Below the pieces are notes generated by a model. It saw nothing but the letters and a program-made list of their open reading frames with translations, ran no database searches and was not told where the DNA came from. From contig CAWJEP010000001.1 of NCBI GenBank assembly GCA_963841935.1, positions 74,487 to 138,486 of the forward strand: 64,000 bases of DNA, given 5' to 3'. Shown piece after piece: positions 29,305 to 37,568 of the stretch. Positions within the stretch are counted from its first letter, which is position 1. The number at the start of each line of letters is the position of its first letter. The DNA is from an uncultured bacterium. Lineage in GTDB: Bacteria > Patescibacteriota > Minisyncoccia > Phycocordibacterales > UBA6065. Both the position numbers and the translations under genes were made by a program.

Positions 29305-29376
29305 GCTCTTGTCGTTCAATGGATAGGACACTCCCCTGCGAAGGGAGAAATGTAGGTTCGATTCCCACCAGGAGCA
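29305..29376 (+). tRNA. tRNA-Arg(GCG)
   Basis: GCTCTTG/CAGGAGC acceptor, CTCCC-CT GCG AA-GGGAG. Confidence 0.9.
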
Positions 29377-29377
29377 C

Positions 29378-29767
29378 ATGAGATTTCTCGGCATTGATTA
29401 CGGTTCGAAAAACATAGGTCTTTCGCTTTCCGACGAAAAAGGCGAGTGGGCTTTTCCGCATTCCGTTTTGGAAAATAATAAAAAAACTGTTGGCGAGATT
29501 TTGAAAATCGTTAAGGAAAATAATGTGAAAGATGTGGTGATAGGAGAGTCGAGAGATTTTAAAGGAAAAGCCAACGAGGTAATGGCGGCGGCGAAAGATT
29601 TGGCCAAATCTTTCGCCGCCGCCGGCCTCACTATTCATTTCGAACTGGAATATCTGACCTCGCATCAAGCTCAACATATCCAAGGCGTGAACAAGATGCT
29701 TGATGCCTCGGCCGCCACGATAATCCTCCAAAGTTTTTTGGATAAAAGGAAAAATAAAGTAGAATAA
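29378..29767 (+). CDS. yqgF: YqgF/RuvX family nuclease
   Basis: MRFLGIDYGSKNIGLSLSD, EYLTS, DASAATIILQSFLD. Confidence 0.92.
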   Translation: MRFLGIDYGSKNIGLSLSDEKGEWAFPHSVLENNKKTVGEILKIVKENNVKDVVIGESRDFKGKANEVMAAAKDLAKSFAAAGLTIHFELEYLTSHQAQHIQGVNKMLDASAATIILQSFLDKRKNKVE

Positions 29768-29771
29768 CGAA

Positions 29772-30101
29772 ATGATTTCATACGACGAATTCGCCAAAGT
29801 GGAAATACGGGTAGGGAAAATATTGTCGGCGGAAAAAGTTCCTGACACGGACAAACTCCTCAAGCTCTCCGTTGACTTTGCCGAAGGAGCGCCGCGGCAA
29901 ATCGTTTCCGGCATCGCCCTTTATTTCCCGGACGCCGCGGCGCTTGTCGGCAGAAAGGCGATGTTCGCGACGAACATCGAACCACGTATCATCCGTGGAC
30001 TCGAATCAAACGGCATGCTTTTCGCCGTTTCGACGGAAGACGGAAAATTCTCTCTTCTTGAGCCGTCGCAGGAAATTCCCGAAGGCACGAAAGCGAAATA
30101 G
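29772..30101 (+). CDS. Stand-alone tRNA-binding OB domain (Trbp111/CsaA/MetG C-terminal-like)
   Basis: EFAKVEIRVGKILSAEKV..TDKLLKL...RQIVSGI...GLESNGM. Confidence 0.88.
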   Translation: MISYDEFAKVEIRVGKILSAEKVPDTDKLLKLSVDFAEGAPRQIVSGIALYFPDAAALVGRKAMFATNIEPRIIRGLESNGMLFAVSTEDGKFSLLEPSQEIPEGTKAK

Positions 30102-30153
30102 TTTTTGTATTTACAACTTGTTCTTCGTATGTAATTGATGAGACTGGTATTAA

Positions 30154-30224
30154 CCCCCTGTAGTTAAATGGATATAACTGCGGACTTCTAAGCCGTTATG
30201 TTGGTTCGATTCCACGCGAGGGGA
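30154..30224 (+). pseudogene. Degenerate tRNA-Arg(TCT)
   Basis: CCCCCTG TAGTTAAATGGATATAAC, loop CT TCT AA; mismatches in acceptor, anticodon and T stems. Confidence 0.6.
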
Positions 30225-30226
30225 TA

Positions 30227-30298
30227 GCTCTCGTCGTTTAATGGATAGGACACGGGCCTCCGAAGCTCGAAGTCGTGGTTCGATTCCACGCGGGAGCA
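30227..30298 (+). tRNA. tRNA-Arg(CCG)
   Basis: GCTCTCG/CGGGAGC, CGGGC-CT CCG AA-GCTCG, CGTGG-TTCGATT-CCACG. Confidence 0.92.
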
Positions 30299-30308
30299 AA
30301 ACTATCGG

Positions 30309-30381
30309 TGCGCCCTGAGGGACTCGAACCCCCGACCTTGTCAGTGTAAATGACCTGCTCTACCAACTGAGCTAAGGGCGC
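30309..30381 (-). tRNA. tRNA-Val(TAC)
   Basis: GCGCCCT/AGGGCGC acceptor, loop TT TAC AC. Confidence 0.92.
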
Positions 30382-30455
30382 GTGCTTTTTATCGCAAAGT
30401 AACAATATATGAGAAATATTGATTTATCAACGCCGCTGTGATAAATTGACGCCTC

Positions 30456-30884
30456 ATGAAAAACGCAGTCAAAACAAGTCCGATCAAGATGGAAGAACGC
30501 GTGGCGCTCGGTCTTCGCTCCGGCGACACCATCCGCGTTTGGCAGAAAATAAAAGAAGGGGAGAAGTCGCGCCTTCAAGCTTTTGAGGGTCTCGTTCTCG
30601 CGCGAAAACACGGCGACGAAGCCGGCGCGACCTTTACCGTCAGACGAACTATCGACGGCGTCGGCGTGGAAAGGATTTTTCCCCTATATTCTCCGATGAT
30701 AGATGAAATAGAAATCGTCCGTCGCTCGAAAGTCCACCGCTCGAAACTTTATTTCGTCCGCGAGAAAGCCGCTAAAGAAATAAAACGCCAGATGCGACAC
30801 ACGAGATTTGTCGAAGAGCTCGCCAAGACCGTGAAAGCCGCCCCCGAGCCGAAACCGGAAGAAAAAATCGAAGAGAAAAAATAA
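30456..30884 (+). CDS. rplS: 50S ribosomal protein L19
   Basis: [36 protein letters not shown]. Confidence 0.97.
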   Translation: MKNAVKTSPIKMEERVALGLRSGDTIRVWQKIKEGEKSRLQAFEGLVLARKHGDEAGATFTVRRTIDGVGVERIFPLYSPMIDEIEIVRRSKVHRSKLYFVREKAAKEIKRQMRHTRFVEELAKTVKAAPEPKPEEKIEEKK

Positions 30885-30944
30885 TTCTCCTCATCGGCGA
30901 ACCAAAATTGCCCATCGGGGCGATTTTTGTTAGCATACGCCTAC

Positions 30945-31029
30945 GCTCGGGTGGTGAAATTGGTATACACGTACGCTTGAGGTGCGTATGCCGTAAGGCG
31001 TGGAGGTTCAAGTCCTCTCCCGAGCACCA
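30945..31029 (+). tRNA. tRNA-Leu(GAG)
   Basis: GCTCGGG/CCCGAGC, TACGC-TT GAG GT-GCGTA, variable arm, encoded CCA. Confidence 0.95.
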
Positions 31030-31074
31030 TGTTAGTGGTGTGATGTGTAGATATCGCATAGCTACCATGACCAC

Positions 31075-31149
31075 GGTGGCTATAGTTTAGTGGTAAAACT
31101 TCGGTTTGTGGAACCGATATCGAGAGTTCGATTCTCTCTAGCCACCCCA
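31075..31149 (+). tRNA. tRNA-His(GTG)
   Basis: G-1, GTGGCTA/TAGCCAC, C73, loop TT GTG GA, encoded CCA. Confidence 0.94.
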
Positions 31150-31239
31150 AAATAAAGGATCAATTATTTGTTGACAAAGTTCATGAAAGGTTTAGCTTAT
31201 GAAACTAGGGGGTTCCTCGAAAACTTGTTACTAACGAAT

Positions 31240-31503
31240 ATGAAAACTAAATATCCGCTACGTGTATTACTCGTGCTGAGCATGGTGGTTTTTTTGGGAT
31301 TGGTCATGCATCGTCTTACGAAACCGAAAACATCGGCAAGGACGATTCCTGCAATTGAAATTCAAGACGGTGTGACAATCGATTTCTCTACGGGCAAGCC
31401 GGTGATAGTCAATACTCCACAAAACAAGGCTGCCATAGCCACCGCTGTTAAGGAGATAGATGAAGCGGTGACGGATGTGAAATTCAAAGCAACGAAGCCC
31501 TAG
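31240..31503 (+). CDS. Small membrane-anchored orphan protein
   Basis: N-terminal TM then IQDGVTIDFSTGKPV; TTGACA at 31171; terminator follows. Confidence 0.65.
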   Translation: MKTKYPLRVLLVLSMVVFLGLVMHRLTKPKTSARTIPAIEIQDGVTIDFSTGKPVIVNTPQNKAAIATAVKEIDEAVTDVKFKATKP

Positions 31504-31518
31504 GAAGGTTAGTTCTTC

Positions 31519-31552
31519 AAAGCCGTCTCTACCGAAAGGTGAGCGGCTTTTT
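31519..31552 (+). terminator. Intrinsic terminator
   Basis: AAAGCCGtCTCtACC-GAAA-GGTGAGCGGCTTT plus T tail. Confidence 0.65.
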
Positions 31553-31697
31553 ATTTATAACAAGTTCTAAATCCATCCACCCAACGACCCCACTTGACAA
31601 CTATTTTTTTTGTTATAGTATTCGCAATCGAACAGGTTATTTGAAAAGAATGTGCATTGAAACTTCCAACTTCTAACAACAAAAGGAAAGGTGAAAA

Positions 31698-32465
31698 ATG
31701 AAACTTGTAAAATCGTTATTCGTTCTCGTTATCGCGTTGTTTGTCCCGATGACCTACGCGGTCTTCGACCCGGCGACGCCTACAATGTCGACCGCGGTTC
31801 CAAAAGGCGAATACCTCGGCGTTTACGTTGAGATACACGATAACACCGGCAGTCGCAAGATTGAGTGTCTGCCAGAAGACGGTCTGGTCGAATTCAAGTA
31901 CCCATACCCGTTCTCGGGTATAAAGAAAGGTTTGGTTCTTCTCCTGAGGGGTTCCCCAGAAGGTGTCATAGATCGCGCTGACAAGCAACTTTCAAACGGA
32001 GAATGGTTGACCAATAATGGCCGACTTGTGACGGAAAGGAATTTTCTTGCTGTCATGACAAGGGTCATATCGATTAATGGGATGAAACGAATTCCTTCTT
32101 CTTGCTGGGGTAATACTCCGGTACCCGAAGGGAGCGTGAGAGCCCTATCGATTACTTGCGGGCTATCAATGTGGCCAGAATTTCCGGCGTGTTCTCTAAA
32201 CACAGTCATCATTGGTTATCCATGGGACAAACTACACTATGGGCCGGTTATTTATTGGAATGTTTACTGGGGACCCATCAACCACAACCTTGTTATCAAA
32301 TGGCCAAACAACAAGTGGACCGTGCGGGGTCATGGTGTGGGATTGAAAAAACCCATGCAGGAAGTAATGACCCCGGAAAATTTTGTGGCTGTGACGTGCC
32401 GCGTTTACAAGAAACTTCCCAAAGGTCCAGACACCGACTTGGCAGTCCTCTTGTCACCGAAGTAA
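31698..32465 (+). CDS. Secreted orphan protein
   Basis: Signal peptide (PMTYA); AAGGAAAGGTG RBS; TTGACA at 31594. Confidence 0.65.
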   Translation: MKLVKSLFVLVIALFVPMTYAVFDPATPTMSTAVPKGEYLGVYVEIHDNTGSRKIECLPEDGLVEFKYPYPFSGIKKGLVLLLRGSPEGVIDRADKQLSNGEWLTNNGRLVTERNFLAVMTRVISINGMKRIPSSCWGNTPVPEGSVRALSITCGLSMWPEFPACSLNTVIIGYPWDKLHYGPVIYWNVYWGPINHNLVIKWPNNKWTVRGHGVGLKKPMQEVMTPENFVAVTCRVYKKLPKGPDTDLAVLLSPK

Positions 32466-32479
32466 ATCATTATTTGCGT

Positions 32480-32512
32480 AAACCCCGCCCAGAAATGGTG
32501 TCGGGGTTTTTT
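32480..32512 (+). terminator. Intrinsic terminator
   Basis: AAACCCCG...GAAA...CGGGGTTTTTT between convergent genes. Confidence 0.6.
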
Positions 32513-32921
32513 ATTCCTCGAATATATCTTCGTCTTTTTTCCGCCCACGGCGGAAATTGTAAACACCCTTGAAAAAGTTTTTCACTCGCAGAGCGCTTCG
32601 ACGGGTGAAGTGAGACTTCTTCTTTTTTTGTTTTTGCAGGGCCGAGGCCAATTCTCTTTTGATTTCGTCCAGAGCTTGGACCGGAGTCTCCCCCGTGGAA
32701 CGCGCGGATATGTCTATATGTTCGGCGCGAAAATTTACCCGAGCCTCGAATATTTCCCCGGAGCGATGGTGGTTGGTGGCCCGGCCCACGTCTATGTCGA
32801 CAATCGCCGAACCGTCTCCGTCATACACGTAGCGCTCCAGATTTCGCGTGATTTTATTTATTTGTTTTTCGATTTCTTGGTTCGTTTCCACTCCTCTCAA
32901 AGTGACGGTCTTTTTTATCAT
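32511..32921 (-). CDS. Ribosome hibernation factor HPF/RaiA family
   Basis: DIDVGRATNHHRSGEIFEARVN...ALDEIKREL. Confidence 0.8.
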   Translation of the reverse strand: MIKKTVTLRGVETNQEIEKQINKITRNLERYVYDGDGSAIVDIDVGRATNHHRSGEIFEARVNFRAEHIDISARSTGETPVQALDEIKRELASALQKQKKKKSHFTRRSALRVKNFFKGVYNFRRGRKKDEDIFEE

Positions 32922-32924
32922 AGG

Positions 32925-33305
32925 TTACATGAAACCTTTATAGAGCAAGACGATACCTATGACAAAAGCCAAAATACCGGCAAAGGCGAACAGACCCTCC
33001 TTGTTCATTTTTCTGTAGAAAGAAGACGCGGACTTCGGAAAGACGAGAATATATATTCCTTTAAGCAAAGCCAACCAGCCGATGACGCTGACAAGCGACT
33101 CAAGCCCCGAACCCCACAAGTTGTTCATCGAGACAAGCACGGCGCCGAAAATCAAAGCCGAGAGCCCGTAAATCCAAAGAAAACCTTTGTCGTGAGTTAC
33201 TTCTACCATGAGCGCCGCGAAAGTTTTTTTGTTTACGAGAAGCGACAAACCGACGACGGTAATGACTATTCCCAACACCTGAGCCAATACAATGGTGTGA
33301 CTCAT
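32925..33305 (-). CDS. Four-TM membrane protein
   Basis: NNLW...LVSVIGWLALLKG..ILVFP pattern. Confidence 0.7.
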   Translation of the reverse strand: MSHTIVLAQVLGIVITVVGLSLLVNKKTFAALMVEVTHDKGFLWIYGLSALIFGAVLVSMNNLWGSGLESLVSVIGWLALLKGIYILVFPKSASSFYRKMNKEGLFAFAGILAFVIGIVLLYKGFM

Positions 33306-33374
33306 ATTATTTGAGATAATGATAATGATGACCTATTCGGCTATCATTATAACTCCGTGGTAAGATAATCTCCA

Positions 33375-33959
33375 ATGACAGCTCTTGCTTCAGACACGAC
33401 GGCGATATTGTCTTGGGCGACGCTGGTTACCCAGATTGTCATTGTCTGCGCCGCAATAGTTCTTGCGGCGGTAATATTCGAACACCCGAACATCCGCCTG
33501 CATCATTTGGCGAAAAAAGCCGCCGACCACGCTTTTCTCATCGGCTTTTTCGTAAGTTTTTTCTCTCTTATCGCCAGTTTTTTTTATTCGAATATCATCG
33601 GTTTTTCGCCGTGCGAGCTTTGCTGGTGGCAGAGGATTTTTCTTTATCCGCAAGTCGTTCTTTTCGCCGTGGCTTTTTATAACGAAAAAGTTAAAAAAGT
33701 TTCGGACGAAATGGTCTTTTTGTACAGCTTCATTCTTTCTTTAATCGGCGGTGGCATAGCTTTATTTCATTATTACGCCCAAATGTTTAACCCGGACGCT
33801 TTAGCCATCTGCGGCAAGACCGGCGTCTCTTGCTCGCAGATTTTTTTCGTGTCTTTCGGCTACATTACGATACCAATGATGTCTCTCACGGCCTACCTGA
33901 TTCTCATTTTGGTTTATTTTTTCCGCAAACACCACGTTCGCAAAGATATTTCCCGATAA
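33375..33959 (+). CDS. Disulfide bond formation protein DsbB/BdbC family
   Basis: PCELCWWQRIFLYP; second Cys pair C...SC; FGYITIPMMSL. Confidence 0.92.
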   Translation: MTALASDTTAILSWATLVTQIVIVCAAIVLAAVIFEHPNIRLHHLAKKAADHAFLIGFFVSFFSLIASFFYSNIIGFSPCELCWWQRIFLYPQVVLFAVAFYNEKVKKVSDEMVFLYSFILSLIGGGIALFHYYAQMFNPDALAICGKTGVSCSQIFFVSFGYITIPMMSLTAYLILILVYFFRKHHVRKDISR

Positions 33960-33971
33960 AAACAAAAAAAG

Positions 33972-34775
33972 ATGAATTCCAAAGCTCAAATTATCGCCAC
34001 TATCGGTCCGTCATCCGAGCGACCGGAGGTTTTACTTTCGATGATTAAGCACAAGATGGACGTGGCTCGGCTAAATTTTTCCTGGGGAGATTTTGATGAG
34101 AAGAAATCGCAAATAAAGACGATTAGAGAGACGTCAAAAAAGGCCGGGAGAAAAATAATCATCATCGGCGACCTTTCCGGACCTCGCGTTCAAGAAAAAA
34201 TCGGCCACACTTACGACAAGAGTGCCGTTTCGTCGCTTACGGAAAAAGACAAAGATTATATCCGTTTTGGAATCGAACAGAAATTGGATTATTTCGCCCT
34301 GTCTTTCGTTGGTTCGGCAAAAGACGTGTTACTTTGTCGAAAAACAATAAAATCCTTCGGCGGCAACCAGCCAATAATAGCCAAAATCGAGCGCGCTTGC
34401 GCCGTCGATTTGATTGACGAAATAATTTCCGCCGCCGACGCGGTCATGGTCGCGCGCGGCGACCTCGGCAACGAAGTACCGCTCGAGACTATTCCGTTTA
34501 TTCAGGCGAGAATCATAGCCAAGGCCAAAGCCGCGGGCAAGCCCGTCATCACCGCCACCCAAATGCTTTTGTCCATGACCGAAAATCCGACGCCGACTCG
34601 CGCCGAGGTTACCGACGTGGCGAACGCTATCCTGGAGGGCTCCGACGCGGTGATGCTTTCCGAAGAGTCGGCGTCGGGGAAGTATCCCATTCAATCGGTG
34701 GCAATGATGGAAAAAATAGTTTTGGAAGCCGAAAAACACCTAAAAGGCAGAGCGCATTTTAATATTCTTGCGTAA
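33972..34775 (+). CDS. pyk: Pyruvate kinase, minimal (barrel domain only)
   Basis: IIATIGP, ARLNFS, IAKIE, MVARGDLG, ATQML, PTRAEVTDVANA, MLSEESA. Confidence 0.92.
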   Translation: MNSKAQIIATIGPSSERPEVLLSMIKHKMDVARLNFSWGDFDEKKSQIKTIRETSKKAGRKIIIIGDLSGPRVQEKIGHTYDKSAVSSLTEKDKDYIRFGIEQKLDYFALSFVGSAKDVLLCRKTIKSFGGNQPIIAKIERACAVDLIDEIISAADAVMVARGDLGNEVPLETIPFIQARIIAKAKAAGKPVITATQMLLSMTENPTPTRAEVTDVANAILEGSDAVMLSEESASGKYPIQSVAMMEKIVLEAEKHLKGRAHFNILA

Positions 34776-34802
34776 TTTCGCAACTATGTAATTATAATCA
34801 GT

Positions 34803-35932
34803 ATGTTGACCCTGAAAGACGAGGTCGTGAAGTTTCGCAATAGTTTGTCCCATGGAATATACGGTTCCATTCTTAAACCCATATTTTTCAAGAGCGATCC
34901 GGAGACCATTCACGAGTCAATGGTCTCTTTTGGTTCTCAACTCGGAAGACACGCCGTTTCGCGTGTCGGGACAAAAATCCTTTTCGGTTATTCCGATAAA
35001 AAATTGGAGCAGAAGATTTTGGGTATGACTTTTAAAAACCCCATCGGTCTTGCCGCCGGTTTTGACAAGAACGCAGAGCTAACCGACATTATTCCCGATG
35101 TCGGTTTTGGTTTCGAGGAAGTCGGCTCGATTACGGGTCGCAAATGCGAAGGCAATCCTTTGCCGCGACTCTGGCGCCTGCCAGAGTCGCGCGGCCTTGT
35201 CGTTTATTACGGACTGAAAAACGATGGAGCCGTGAGAATCGCCAACAGACTGAAGCGTAAAAATTTTAAAGGAATTTTGGGAACAAGTATCGCCATGACC
35301 AACTGCTCGGACAATTTGGAACTGTCGAACGCAGTCAAAGATTATGCCGAGGCCTTTGAAGCACTTGCCGATGTCGGAGATTATTTTACTTTAAACATAA
35401 GTTGTCCAAATACCGAAGGAGGCCAGCCGTTTGTCGCTCCTTACAAACTTGATTATCTTTTGGATATCATCGACGAAATACCGACGGAAAAACCGATATT
35501 TATAAAACTTTCTCCGGATATGTCTTTTAGGGAAGCCGACGAAGTTTTGGTTATCGCCAAAAAACATCGCGTTGCCGGTATCATAACCACCAATCTGACA
35601 AAAAAAGAGACGACCGCAGAATCCTTGATGAAAACGTACCGTCCGTCGGAGGAATTTCCGGCAAACCCGTTCAAGAATCAGCCGACAAGCTTCTTTCATA
35701 TATTTACAAAAGAGAAGGCAAGCGTTTCGTTCTCATCGGCACGGGCGGCGTATTTTCCGCCGCCGACGCTTACAAAAAAATCCGGCTCGGTGCTTCCTTG
35801 GTGCAGATGATTACCGGAATGATATACGAGGGACCGCAAGTCGTGAGCGAAATAAACAGGGGGCTTGTCGAACTTCTAAACCGCGACGGATTCAAGAACA
35901 TAAGCGAGGCGGTTGGCGTCGACGCGTGGTAA
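34803..35932 (+). CDS. pyrD: Dihydroorotate dehydrogenase (class 2-like), frameshifted at A7 run 35600-35606
   Basis: GLAAGFDKN, NISCPNT, IKLSPD, TTNL; the -1 frame continues GGISGKP, IGTGGV, GASLVQMITGMIYEGP to TAA 35930-32. Confidence 0.9.
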
Positions 35933-35941
35933 TCTATATAT

Positions 35942-36586
35942 ATGGCCGAAACAAAAATGGGCGAACTGATTATCGCTCGTCATCATGAATCAGACTGGAA
36001 CAAACTCGGACTCTGGACCGGCATGCGAGACAGGCATTTGACCGATTATGGATTCCAAAAATCCAGCGAAATGGGCGAGTGCATAAGAAACATTCACATT
36101 GATTACGCTTTCGCTTCAATGGAAGTCAGAGCCATAGAAACGCTCTCATCAATGCTCGAAGAAGTCGGCGACTACAAAGTTCCGACCGAACACTCAGATG
36201 CTTTAGACGAACGCGATTACGGCGACTACACGGCGAAAAACAAATGGGATATGGAAAAAATCCTAGGGCAGGAGAATTGGGACAGACTTCGTCGCGAGTG
36301 GAACTATCCGGTGCCCAACGGTGAGACTTTAAAAATGGTTTACGAGAGAACGGTGCCTTTTTTTCTTTCAAGAATTCTTCCGCTTCTGAAAAAAGGCAAG
36401 AATGTTCTGGTGGTCGCTCACGGAAATTCTCTGAGGGCTTTGATGAAATACGTGGAAAAAATATCCGACGACAATATCAAAAACGTCGAGATGCCTTTCG
36501 GCGCCGTTTACATTTATGACCTTGATATTGACGGTCATATGATTAAAAAAGAAATTAAATCCGTGCCGTCGACCGTTAATGCTTAA
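35942..36586 (+). CDS. gpmA: 2,3-bisphosphoglycerate-dependent phosphoglycerate mutase
   Basis: RHHESDWN...WTG, LDERDYG, PNGETL, VAHGNSLRAL. Confidence 0.88.
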   Translation: MAETKMGELIIARHHESDWNKLGLWTGMRDRHLTDYGFQKSSEMGECIRNIHIDYAFASMEVRAIETLSSMLEEVGDYKVPTEHSDALDERDYGDYTAKNKWDMEKILGQENWDRLRREWNYPVPNGETLKMVYERTVPFFLSRILPLLKKGKNVLVVAHGNSLRALMKYVEKISDDNIKNVEMPFGAVYIYDLDIDGHMIKKEIKSVPSTVNA

Positions 36587-36590
36587 AAAT

Positions 36591-37562
36591 ATGAGTAAAA
36601 AAATTTTCGTCACGAGAAGGATTCCTCAAGTCGGTCTTGATATGTTAACGCAGAAAGGTTTCGAAATGGATATTTATCCGAAAGACGAGATTTTGCCGCG
36701 GAAAAAACTTTTGAGCATTCTCAAAAAAGGAAATTACGACGGTGTTTTATCTCTCATCACCGACAACATAGACGCATCGGTTTTTTCCGCGGCGGGGGCG
36801 GTGAAAATTTTCGCTAATTACGGTACCGGTTTTGACAACATTGATCTTGCCGAAGCAAAAAGACGCGGAGTTACGATCACGAACGCCCCGTCGGACACCG
36901 CGTCAGAGGCGGTCGCCGAGCACGCCATCGCGCTCACGCTTGCTTTAGCGGCACAGATTGTGGATGGAGACGAATTTATGCGAAAAAACAAATATAGGGG
37001 CTGGGATCCGATGGGTTTTATCGGTACGGATATTTTAGGAAAGACTTTGGGCATCGTCGGCGTCGGCAGGATAGGTAGCCGTGTTGCGCATTATGCGAGA
37101 GGCTTAGGACTCAATGTCACATACACGGATATTGCCAGGAACGGACAGCTTGAAAAAGATTGTGGCGCAATATTTTGTTCATCGGTCGAAGAACTTTTGC
37201 CGAAAGCCGATGTCGTAAGTCTTCACACACCGCTTCTCGATTCCACTCGCCATTTAATAAACGAAAATCGTCTGAAAATGATGAAGCCGACGGCATTTCT
37301 CATAAATACTTCCCGCGGTCCGGTCATTGACGAGAAAGCATTAGTCACGGCGCTTCAAAACAAAACCATAGCCGGCGCTGGACTCGATGTTTTTGAATTT
37401 GAACCGAAGCTTTCACAAGGACTTTCGAAACTTTCAAATGTTGTGCTCACGCCGCACATTGCGTCCGCAAGCATTGAAGCTAGAAATCAGATGTCCGTCA
37501 TTGCCGCGCAAAATATTATTGATTTCTTCGACGGCAAAACTCCCAAGAATAAAGTCGCTTAG
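36591..37562 (+). CDS. D-2-hydroxyacid dehydrogenase (glyoxylate/hydroxypyruvate reductase-like)
   Basis: GFDNID, GVGRIG, INTSRG, LDVFEFEP, TPHIAS. Confidence 0.92.
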   Translation: MSKKIFVTRRIPQVGLDMLTQKGFEMDIYPKDEILPRKKLLSILKKGNYDGVLSLITDNIDASVFSAAGAVKIFANYGTGFDNIDLAEAKRRGVTITNAPSDTASEAVAEHAIALTLALAAQIVDGDEFMRKNKYRGWDPMGFIGTDILGKTLGIVGVGRIGSRVAHYARGLGLNVTYTDIARNGQLEKDCGAIFCSSVEELLPKADVVSLHTPLLDSTRHLINENRLKMMKPTAFLINTSRGPVIDEKALVTALQNKTIAGAGLDVFEFEPKLSQGLSKLSNVVLTPHIASASIEARNQMSVIAAQNIIDFFDGKTPKNKVA

Positions 37563-37568
37563 CGTTGC

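Noticed and set aside
29270-29914. 214-aa minus-strand ORF, and similar shadow ORFs (2048-2650, 32610-33314, 37665-38234)
   Set aside because: They overlap or are antisense to well-supported genes or tRNAs and have no recognisable motifs.
31028-31069. Imperfect hairpin between tRNA-Leu and tRNA-His
   Set aside because: Several mismatches and G-U pairs; most simply a spacer or processing structure.
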